Shown here: positions 13,307-24,329 of the stretch, piece by piece
Numbering within the stretch: the stretch's first letter is position 1
How the letters are laid out: every line of letters begins with the position of its first letter
Assembly (NCBI RefSeq): GCF_001194135.2
Contig: NC_068987.1
Coordinates: 18,326,804 to 18,390,803, forward strand
Source: Octopus bimaculoides
Taxonomy: Eukaryota
Direction: 5' to 3'
DNA: 64,000 bases
Translations under genes and position numbers: made by a program
Notes under the pieces: generated by a model
The model's input: the letters and a program-made list of their open reading frames with translations, nothing else
What the model was told of the DNA's origin: nothing
The model's database searches: none

Positions 13307-14944
13307 AATTTTATATGTGTGTGTGTGTGTGTGTATATATTTATATACACACAAGTATAGCTAACGTCACTCTGCTTGTCAGTGGTGCTTTCTCTGCATG
13401 TGACATACTTATTAAAATATACATGATAGCAAGAATAAATGTGTAGCATCTCTGTTGTGTAGGTAACATTATTAACACGTGGGTGGTATTACAAGAATGT
13501 GTGTATGTTTATTACTAACATATTATTAATGTCACTGTGTTTGTCAGTGGTACTCTGTGTGCGTGCAACAGGTTTACTAATATATACATATTGGCAGCAA
13601 TATGTATGCAACTATACTACCGAGATATACATAATGGGTATTATAGCTTTTGCATTGACCATTTGATATATGCACATGTCACATAAATCATCCTCTGGTT
13701 TTCTTTGCCTTAAGAGTCAATTTACAACTCCCTCTTTTTCTTTTCCTACGCATTGAATTCTAATAGATTTTCATGTATTGATACTGTTTAGCTTTTCTAG
13801 TTCCAAGAAATTCTATTATTCGACAAATGAAAATAATTTATTAATTGAAACCAGGGAACTCACTTGGCTGTAAAGTCAGAGTACTTAGTCTTCGTTATAC
13901 AATGGGGCTGAATTCAAAAATTATGTGGTTGTGAAGTAAAAGCCTTATTTTTGTAAGGATAGGCAAGGCTGTATTTTTTTTGTTTTTTTCTGTAAGGGCA
14001 GGCAAGAAGCTCACTTTGCAACCACATGGTTTTGAGTTCAGTTCCACAACGTGACATCTTGGCCAAGGGTCTTCTACTACATCCCTGGGCCAACCAAAGC
14101 CCTGTGAGTGAATTTGGTTGACAGAAATTTTGTAGAAGTCCATTGTCTATATGTGAACATTTTTTTTTTTATATATATACATATATGGTTGGCGTTAGGA
14201 AGAGCATCCAGCTGTAGAAACTCTGCCAAATCAGATTGGAGCCTGGTGTAGCCATCTGGTTTCACCAGTCCTCAGTCAAATCGTCCAACCCATGCTAGCA
14301 TGGAAAGCAGATGTTAAACAACAATGTGTGTGTGTGTGTGTGTGTATTTGTTTGTCTCCCCCAACACACAAACAGACCACTTGACAACCAGTGTTGGCTT
14401 ATTTACATCCCATAACTTAGTTCAGGAAAAGAGACCAATAGAATAAGTACTGGGTTTTAAAAATAAGCACTGGGATCAATTTGTTCAAGTAAACTCTTCC
14501 AGGTGGTGCTCCAACATGGCCTCAATCTAATGGCTGAAACAAGTAAAAGATAATAATAAAAAATCTCACCTGAACTAAACACCTGTCTATAACCACTACT
14601 ACTATTTCTACTCTTGTAGTTGTTGGAGGCTTGCAATGAGGTTAAGGTATTAGCATACAGCTGTCATGATCGTAAGTTCAAATTTTGCAAAAATCACAAT
14701 ATTGTACCCTGAAGAATTGTAACAGATTGGATTGGAAGAATCATTAGGGAAATCAAGGGTAAAATACACTTTCTAAGTTCAAATCCCAACAAGAGCAACT
14801 TTGCCTTTCATTCTTTTTTTTTTTTTTTTTTNNNNNNNNNNAATATGGTCGCAACCAAGTGTTGGCTTCTATGTAATCAAGTAACCTCTTCTCCCTAAAG
14901 TTGCTGGCCTTGTGCCAAAATTAGAAAGACTTATTATTATTATC

Positions 14945-15250
14945 TATTGTTCCTTGGTAGGATGATGTATTGTGCTAATATATTGTTTTGTACGTCTAAA
15001 ACGTCCAAGATGAATTGTTACTAATAAGATTATAATTTTTCGGACTGTTGAACTCATCTTTAAAGATGAAACATTTTAATATTTACGGCCACGCTGCGTT
15101 TTCGATCAGTTTGGTTTCCTGATGACAGAGATCAGACCGATCGAAACTTAGGGCAGAATGTAAATATTAAAAATCATTTCATCTCCAGAGATGAGGTTAA
15201 TAGACCACAAATTTATAATCTCGTTGCGAAATAAAAGAAAATCATCATAT
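14945..15250 (+). mobile_element. Penelope-like terminal-repeat fragment with a decayed CTGATGA...CGAAAC motif (15119-15147)
   Basis: Motif spacing and a flanking inverted repeat (tttcgatc/gatcgaaa) are as seen in PLE terminal repeats, but the ribozyme stems do not form. Confidence 0.4.
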
Positions 15251-15251
15251 C

Positions 15252-15296
<45 letters not shown>

Positions 15297-15325
15297 CATT
15301 ATTATTATTATCATTATTATTATTA

Positions 15326-15357
<32 letters not shown>

Positions 15358-15426
15358 TCTGTTTTGAGTCAATTCAATCAATTATATCTCTCCACTAGAA
15401 ATTTGTTAATTTGTGCCCATGTAAGA

Positions 15427-15473
<47 letters not shown>

Positions 15474-15474
<1 letters not shown>

Positions 15475-16140
15475 GCAGCGAGCTGGCAGAATTGTTAGCA
15501 CGTTGGACGAAATGCTTGGCGGTATTTCGCTTGTCGCTACATTCTGAGTTCAAATTCCGCTGAGGTTGACTTTGCCTTTCATCCTTTTGGGGTCGATAAA
15601 TTAAGTATCAGTGAAACACTGAGGTCGACATCATTGACTAGTCCCCACCCAACAAATTTGAAGCCTTGTGCCTCCAGTAGAAAGGATTATCATCATCATC
15701 ATCATCATCATCATTACTGTGCTGAGCAAAATGCTTAGCAGTGTTCCACCCATCTTTATGGTCTGAGTTCAAATTCCACCAAGGTTAACTTTGCCTTTCA
15801 TCCTTTTGGGGGTCGATAAAATAAGCAACCAGTTGAGCACTGGAGTCAATGTAATTGACTTATCCCCTCCTCCAAAATTGCTGTCCCTGTACCAAAATTT
15901 GAAGCCATTATTATTATTATTAAGGCAATGAGCTGGCAGAATCAGCACATTGGACAGAATGCATAGTGGCATTTCTTCCAGCTCTTTAAGCTTTGAGTTC
16001 AAATTCCTCTGAGATCAACTTTGCCTTCCATCCTTTCAGGGTCAATAAAGTAATGTACTATTTGAGCACTGACATAGATGTAATCGACTCCCCCCCCCCT
16101 CAAAATTGCTGGCCTTGTGCCAAAATTGGAAAGTATTATT
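15474..16140 (+). mobile_element. Tandem array of three family B SINEs separated by (CAT)n/(TAT)n; similar arrays at about 4698-5190 and 25380-25920
   Basis: Repeated gagctggcagaa...gagttcaaattcc...ctttgcctttcatcc...gatgtaatcgact units, all on the + strand. Confidence 0.85.
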
Positions 16141-17543
16141 ATCATCATTATAAGTAGCAGTAGTAGTAGTATAACAGTAGTGAATTGCACATAAAAACAT
16201 GATTAACATAGATAAACCCTACAAACATATATTCTGATAAACAGTCAACCTACAACAAACATATATAGTACACTTCCTCTCTCTCCCAATCTCTCTAGCT
16301 ACCTCTCTCTCTCTCTCTCTCTCTCAAGAAGTAGGATTGGTGGTGGTCAGATCTGGAGATGGATGGGCTCTGACAAGTCTAAAAAAAAAACAAGATTGGG
16401 GTGCTTAAGTTAAAACGCACTATATTTCATGAGGGTGCCCCCCTCCACCAACTTTTCTCATCAGCTCAAGACCCAAGGCAAGGAAATAGTGAGGTTGAGG
16501 AAAATTTGGTTGCTATTTCTAGCAAATTGAAAGGTCACAGAGAGGCTCCCATTTAGACTTATGTGGGATCTCTGATTGATTCCCAGGTTTTTTGAACAGC
16601 TGTTTCAATGGCTTTTCTTATTGTTCCCACATCAACAAACAGTGATACAAGAGGGTTCACAAACATACCCCAAAGTTCTTCTCGCTTCCTTGACCGAACC
16701 TAGCACCCATTCTTCTTATGTTACTTTCACTTCAGTTGTGCTGCTGTGTGATTTAACAGTATCTCTATGATTCTGCATACCTTTCTGTTTATTTGCTCTA
16801 TTATGACAATAACTGGCTTCCATACCTTTGTTATGTGGTCCATCAGTTTATACTGATAAATGCCACAGGATTTCAATCATTTTTTCCCCCCTGTTTTGTT
16901 TCCTTTTTGTTTTTGTTTCTTCTTCGTCTGAAGCTGGTTCTGTTCTTTGTTTTTGTCTTTCCTTTCTTATCTAGATTAAAATCCACTAATCACGTTGTGT
17001 ATATTTTTCCTTTCTGTGTAATGTCTATTCATACCTTTTTGTTTTTCTTTTCTGTATATACCTTGTATATATTCTCACATAAGATGATTCTCACTTTTGT
17101 CTACTTTGCATCATATCCGACACTTATCTGGCTTCCGTAATATAATTGTATATATATATGTGTATGTATGTATTTATATAGTTATATATATTTATATATA
17201 CATATATTTATATTCTTTTTAACAAGGTTTGTTCAGTTTTATTATGTTTTATTTAATCTTACATCATCTTTTAGCCAAGAATGCTATCATTTCTCCTACT
17301 ACATTTGTTTGCCTGACAAATACTCCATTTTTCTTCCCTCTTGTTTCTCTGTCTTTTTTTTTTCTTTCTCTTTCATATTTACTGTAATATTTCCTGGCTT
17401 TTCATTTTTCCTCAACATAAGTTTGGTAGATCAAACAGGAAGAAAGAGAACTCACTGCGTGGGTAGGTATGTGTGTACATACACACATACATACACATAT
17501 ACATACATACATACATACATACATATAGATGTGTGTGTGTATG

Positions 17544-17576
<33 letters not shown>

Positions 17577-17782
17577 GCAGTGTTCAACTTTTTCTGTCCA
17601 AAGGGTTTTATAATCCAATATTTGCATGCTGTTATTTGTAGCATTATCTGCATCAAGATGCACCATTCAGAAAAGAATTATTTTACATTCTCTCAGAGTT
17701 TATCAAATCTTATGATGTCAGCAAGACACACACACACACACACACATACACACACACATATACATACATACACACACGTGCA

Positions 17783-17970
17783 AGAAAGAGGGTGCTGAAA
17801 AGTTCCTGGCTTTGGGTAAAAGAAAATACAGGATCAGTTAATTACGATTTTATTTGATGTATTCACCTCTTGGATTCACACACTTACTGCAGTTGCCTTC
17901 AGTTTTTCTAAGCCCTGTAAAGAACTCAGAAGGTTGGGCCTCCAACCAGGCCTTTCAGAATACTCTTAAA
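17783..17970 (+). mobile_element. Mariner-like terminal fragment
   Basis: Begins gagggtgctgaaaagttcctggc, resembling a mariner TIR. No partner TIR was found. Confidence 0.4.
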
Positions 17971-18147
17971 AAGGGCATCTAGCCATAGAAAATCTGCCGT
18001 AATAAACTCCATCCAACTCATGCAAACATGGAAAAGTGGGCATTAAAACAATTAGGATGTTGATGAAGATAAAGTCTTACCCGGATCCCCACCTTGGAGA
18101 AGAACTACCCCATTGTAGATATGTGGTCAACTCTGACCACTTTAAAG

Positions 18148-18713
18148 CAGTGTTTCTCAACCATGAGCCCTTTTGCTTCCTATGTTACTCTACTGGACCC
18201 CAATAACCATTCAGTGTTTCTAAAAAATCCCGTTAGATTTTTATGATTAAATATATTAAGAATTGTATATTAAAAAAATCTAATATTTTGTGCATTATAG
18301 AAGTATAGCCAATTTATTGCAGATAAATTTTAACAACAAAATCTTATTTGGACCCCCGCTGAAAACCAGTGCCTTAGAGCAGTTGTTTTCAAATGGAGTC
18401 CACGTGGCCCCTGAAGGTCCATATAAGATTTTTGGGCTCCACACAACAAAATAGTGAATTGGTGATCCATAATTCGATGGCCCCTGAAAAAATTTTGCTT
18501 CAGATGTGTGTGTTGCTATGTATTGCAAGAAACAGTTTTCTTTGACAATTTACATGGTTTAACTTACACAAGTTAATGTATAAATAAAAAATAGGAATTT
18601 TGAAAGAAGTTCCAATAAAACTAGTTTTTCAACATCGAATGACTGTGGGTGTCCACCAGAATAAAATAGTAATCAAAGGGGTCCATAGATAATTTGATAG
18701 TTGAGAATCCCTG
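18148..18713. mobile_element. Two adjacent hAT (Charlie-like) MITEs: 18148-18371 and 18380-18713
   Basis: Termini CAGTGTTTCTCAAC...GAAAACCAGTG and CAGTTGTTTTCAAA...GTTGAGAATCCCTG. 8-bp flanks are ctttaaag, ccttagag and ccttatag. Confidence 0.65.
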
Positions 18714-19436
18714 CCTTATAGTATTACTTCTTAGAAACAAGGCACTAAACATTAATGGCTTTCTAGTGTATACATCCAGTTCATTTAATTTATTGTCTAA
18801 TGCAGATAGTCTTCACAGAAGGTGGGATGAGTTAGCAGAAATGATGGATGACTTGACTGAATTTCTCTCAGTATCTAGTTGTTCTGATTCTGGATTGTTT
18901 TTTTTTAAATCTATAATTTTTATTACAATGCATTAATGTTTATTTTATCTATTGCCTCTCATATTTCTATGACATTGATAAATGAACACCGGGCATGAAT
19001 TGGGGTTTATCAAAAAAATGCTGTACTCTTCCTTTACAAATCTCATGGAAGTGTTGGAGCTTGCAGAATTGTTAGCACATTAAACAAAATGCTTAGCAAC
19101 ATTTCGTCCATCCATCATTATGTTGTAAGTTCAAATTCTATCAGTCAACTTTGCTTTTCATCCTTTCAGGATTACTAAAATAAGTACCAGTTGAACACTG
19201 GGGTCCATGTAATCAACTAGCTTCCCACCTGAGTGAAATCCAAGAATCCTAACCACTAGGCCACAGACACACACACTCTCACTCGCTTGCATGCATTCAC
19301 TCACATGCATGTGCTCATTCACTTGCATGCACACACATACACACAATGGACTTCTTTCAGTTTCTATCTATCAGATTCACTCCAAAGTCTCTGGTCATCC
19401 TTGGACAATAGTAGAAGACACCCAGGATGCCATGTG

Positions 19437-19669
19437 AAGGCGGCGAGCTGGCAGAAACGTTAGCACGCTGGGTGAAATGCTTACCGGTATTTCGTCTGTC
19501 TTTACGTTCTGAGTTCAAATTCCGCCAAGGTCGACTTTGCCTTTCATCCTTTCGGGGTCGATAAATTAAGTACCAGTTATGCACTGGGGTCGATGCAATC
19601 GACTTAATCCCTTTGTCTGTCTTTGTTTGTTCCCTCTATGTTTAGCCCCTTGTGGGCAATAAAGAAATA
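19437..19669 (+). mobile_element. tRNA-derived SINE, family B (Meta-domain-like core), nested in a family A copy
   Basis: Head ggcggcgagctggcagaaacgttagcac with B box GAGTTCAAATTCC and core gtcgactttgcctttcatcctttcggggtcgataaattaagtaccag. 20-bp TSD agaagacac(c/t)caggatgcca at 19413-19432 and 19670-19689. Confidence 0.88.
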
Positions 19670-22037
19670 AGAAGACACTCAGGATGCCACATAGTGGGAC
19701 CGAACCTGAAACAACATGGTTGCGAAGCAAGCTTCTTAACCATGCAGCCACAACACTGACAGAAATGATGCTGCAAGACAAGATTACATGCCTTTGTTTT
19801 TATTTATTTTTTTTGTTTTTGTTTTTTTTTGCCCATCTACACTCTGGATTGAAATCCAACCAAGGTTAACTTCTTTTTCTTTCATTTATTCAATTAATGA
19901 AATAATATTTTTTTAAAAATATATAGTGATGGGCAGTTGTGGTGGTGGGGAAGTGTTAATCAAATTAACTTTATTCTTTTCATGAATATTGGTGAATATT
20001 GGGCCTGTGTAACTTCAAAAGAATCAGTGTGTGTCTCAGTCCACTGGTCCGCTGTATGTTCATTTATTTGTAAAATATTCTTTCATATTGTATTGATTGT
20101 GACATATACTGTAATGTTGCTTTTATTGCCATTGTGTCAATTAAAGAAAATGTAGTTGTTGATATTACTGTTATAAATCTCATTGGAGTCGAAGCGATAT
20201 TAATTAATTCAGTCATCTCAGGTCTTTTATTTTTCTTTTGGTTCTCTCTCTCTCTCCCTCCTCCCTCTCTCTCTCTCTCTTTCTCATTTGTTCTATCATT
20301 ATTAATTTAGAATTATATTGAAGAGAACTAAAAGTTTCACATAATTTTGGAAAAAATTTTCTATATAATTTGTTGAGTTGATTTTAGTTTATTCAAGTTT
20401 ATTTTATCAATTTATTTTATTTATTTATTTATTAACTAAATGAACTGCCCTGAGACAGACGAAAAAATATAACTTTTTTTTTTGTTTGTTTGTTCATATA
20501 AATGTCAAATGTTCTATATCAAAATATATTTGGAAATATGAGCAGATCAAATGTTGCTCTTGTTATTGTCACTGACAGTGATAGTATCATTGCAATTGTT
20601 TTCATCATTGCCTTATCCAGATCTTCCCTTGCTTTAGCAGACCTACTGCATAACGTTTAGATGATATAGAGACCCCTTTTGGTCATGGGATTGCTCCTAG
20701 AAAGTTACCCTCTTAGGCACAAGTCTGGGCAAAGTTGTTTATTGAAGACCAGCAGTTACCCATGGATACCAGCCTCCCCTTTCCATGCCACTGATGTTAT
20801 CCAAGAGAAAGGCAAAAGTCTTATACAGCTTGGCACCATTGATGTCACAACTCATTTCTACAGCTGAGTGAACTGGAGCAACATGAAATAAAGTGCCTTG
20901 CTCAGGAACACAACACACTGCCCGGTCTGAGAATCGAACTCATTACCTCAATGCTCTATCCACTGAGCCATGCACCTTCACAAATGACATAATAATGTTT
21001 TTAATGAGAGTTCCTAGATATGGTTGCTCTATCTATATCGTGTACTTGATGTCCAGAGAAGAGGAAGATGTTTGAAATAATCGTTATCAGCAGCTACTTT
21101 TCCATGCTTGCATGGATTAGATCAGACTGCATTGAGAGCAAGGTTTTCTATGGCTGGATGCCCTTCATGATGCCAACCTTCACTTGTTTCCAAACTAAGT
21201 AATAATATCCCCATCTGTTGAAATATGAGCAGGCATGGCTGTGCGGTAAGAGGCTTGCTTCCCAAATCACATGGTTCCAGGTTCAGTCCCACTGTGTGGC
21301 ACCTTGGGCAAGTGTCTTTTACTATAGCCTCGGGCCAACCAAAGCCTTGTGAGTGGATTTGGTAAACAGAAACTGAAAGAAGCCTGTTGTGTGTGTGTGT
21401 GTCTTTGTGTCTGTGTTTGTCCCCCTATCACCACTTGACAACTGGTGTTGGTATGTTTACATCCCCATAACTTAGCAGTTTGGCAAAAAAGATCAATAGA
21501 ATTAGTACTGGACTTAAGAAATAAGTCCTGGGGTTGATTTGTTCAACTAAAACCCTTCAAGGTAGTGCTCCAACATGGCCACCGTCTAATGATTGAAACA
21601 AGTAAAAGAATAAAAAAAAAATCCCAGACATGTTTAGGCAGGGAACCGGCAACAAATGATGTTATCTGATTGAGGATTTTGCTTAGCGTTTTCTTTCCAA
21701 AGACCGCACAACATCTCAAAAAGCCTAGTTTGCTTTTACAGTGGACTGCAAGCAAATGACCTCATAGCCTTTATAAACTGAGATATTTTTGATTACAATC
21801 AGTGAACACACACGAAGACAAGAGAAAATGCAAACTCATTCACTTAAACTCACACACACAAAACACACATACAGGACTTCAGTTTCTATCTGTAAACCTT
21901 CACTCATAAGATATTAGTTGGCCTGCAGTTACAGTACAGTTATAGCACAGCTGACAGCATCCATGCAGTAGGACTGACACCCTAACTGTGTGGTTCCAAA
22001 AAGAAAGCCAATAAGAGATTCTTAAATGAATGCTGAC

Positions 22038-22077
<40 letters not shown>

Positions 22078-22661
22078 NNNNNNNNNNCCCCCCCCTTTTT
22101 TTAAATTCTTTTCTTAACTAAACCATTCACAGAGACATGTGTGATGTGTTATTCCTTACTTTTACTTTTGATCTGGAGCAGCTTAAGTCCTATTCGACTC
22201 AAGCAGACTGTGAATCCAGAAGTTACTAACTGAAACAAACTTTGAGGCAGCACTTCTAGTTGTGGCTCTTTGATTCTTATTGTGGACATGTCTTAAGAAT
22301 TGGCAATTAAAGATGGCAGACCTCTTTCACCTCACATTTTAGAGATTTTTGTGATGTGTTGCTACCTACTGTTCAACCTTACGTGTTGTGTTTCCTTCCT
22401 CTCTTTGCTCTGCAAGTCTTGGAAGCCATGGAAGAAGAAAGGCATTAGTGCCATAATTCTCAGTTTCAATTCTTTGAGGTCAAAAAAGGTTAATCAATGA
22501 ATTGATTTTGCTAGTTATAAATAATTAACCATGAAGTACAAGTGTTGCTATCTCATCTATTCTTCTCAATGCCAACCACTCAAATACCAAGTAATGTATC
22601 AATGTAAATACACACAACTATTCATATTGGGGTGTGTATGTGCATGTGTATATATGTGTGC

Positions 22662-22702
<41 letters not shown>

Positions 22703-23867
22703 GTTAAATACCTGTTTGTTTCGATCCAACACTTTTACACAATCGGCAATTTCACCCCAGCATCCAGTCAATAGATTCATCTCTCTTTTACCAAGCATCC
22801 ACAACAATGAAATCTATTTAAATTATCACACTCAAACAATTTATAGAGAAGTGCATTCATAATAATGTTCATCCACTCAACATTATAACACCTAAAAACT
22901 TGATAACACCCATTTGCTCCATAATAATTGAAATCCATCGTTTCTTCTACTGTGTTCATTCAGTTGAAATAATAGTAATAATTATCAAACATAATACAAT
23001 AACTATGCCATCACTTCAATAATGGTTACGAATATAGCCAAGAGCTTAGTCAGTCCCCCGCTTTCTTGTCTTCGCATTGGAAAAATTACTTCATCTTTTC
23101 TTTCAACTGACTTATCGAACCATTATGAACTCTGAACACATATACATTTATATCTTGGCTGTTGAGTGAACAGGAGTTTTATCCTGCTAGAAATAGCTGC
23201 CAATTCTTCTCTGAATTTCACCTTGTCATATGAGAAAGTGATACAATGGATAATATGGTCCTAGGTACATTATTAGGTATGTGAGAAAGAGTGGATAGTT
23301 ATAGTAAAAATGCTTTGATCAGAGGTTTGCTGGATTAGGATTAAGTTGGGTGTAATAATATGGTTCTTTCATTTCACATCTTATTTTCTTCATTTTTTTT
23401 CTCTTTTTCTTTTTCGTGAATGAACTTAGATAAAGGGAGATTGTAGAAGCCCATCATATGGATTGTAACTGTAGTTCAGAGGTACAGCCTTGTCACACAT
23501 TGTTGCATCCATATAGTCTGTTTTGGCTTGGTTTCCATAGCTGTGTACCCTTCCTAATGCCATCCATTCCACAGAGTGTAGTGGGCACTTTTTATGTGTC
23601 ACATTGGTTAATCGAACAACTAATTCTTCATCATTAAAACCAAATGAGATGCTTTTACTTCATTACTTTCCTCTTCTTAAATTTCAAATTTTAAACACCT
23701 AATCCCACTTCATGTTATTAAGGGATGTTATCTTCCTTGTATTAACAGCCACGGGGCACCACATGTGCTAAATCACATTTTCTCAAAAAAAAAAGTAAAT
23801 TAAATTAAATATTATTAAAAAAAAAACTAGAATGATTCTAAATGCAAGTCTTTCTTCTGTTTTGTAG

Positions 23868-23957
23868 GCCACTAAAGTTGCTAGCACTGCAGCCAAACGG
23901 ACCAAGGAACTTAGTTTAACTGTCAATGAATCTGTTATCAAACCTACACGAGATAAG
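23868..23957 (+). CDS. ARFGAP1: Internal coding exon (90 nt, phase 0/0) of ADP-ribosylation factor GTPase-activating protein 1; end of ALPS1 plus linker
   Basis: Acceptor tttcttctgttttgtAG and donor AAG|GTAAGA. Translation ATKVASTAAKRTKELSLTVNESVIKPTRDK aligns without gaps (30 aa) to human ARFGAP1 ATKFGSQASQKASELGHSLNENVLKPAQEK, recalled from memory. Not in the ORF track because it has no ATG. Confidence 0.88.
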
Positions 23958-24238
23958 GTAAGATTTGCCATCTGAGTTTTCCGAGTTTTACTGCATCTTT
24001 ATGCATATTTTGCATTTGTATATTTGTGCATGCATGTGTGCATATTTCTGTTTTATATAGTTGCACTGGTGCAGTTGCATGTTTGTTTTGCATTATAGAG
24101 AACTTCACTTGCATTTTCTTGTTTTAAGTTTTATGCACATTTCTACAGTGTGTATGTGTATATGCACATTTACACACATACATGTGTGTACATGCATGTG
24201 TATGTGTATATACTCATGTATGTATACATACATATATA

Positions 24239-24251
<13 letters not shown>

Positions 24252-24325
<74 letters not shown>
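24252..24325. repeat. (TA)n microsatellite, representative of many. Others include (TA)n 4040-4098, (CT)n 39983-40063, (ATT)n 4550-4700 and 15250-15360, and (GAT/GAC)n 56570-56690
   Basis: Visible directly; these produce most YI/HT/CV/poly-N ORFs in the track. Confidence 0.95.

Positions 24326-24329
<4 letters not shown>

Noticed and set aside
14622-14648. 27-nt microexon candidate (LLEACNEVK)
   Set aside because: Overlaps a decayed tRNA-SINE-like head; likely chance splice signals.
15100-15160. CTGATGA...CGAAAC motif
   Set aside because: No G10.1-C11.1 pair and no valid stem I/III; kept only as a PLE-like remnant.
23783-23971. Minus-strand ORF MANLTLSRVGLITDSL...
   Set aside because: It is the antisense shadow of the + strand ARFGAP1 exon, which has the splice sites and homology.
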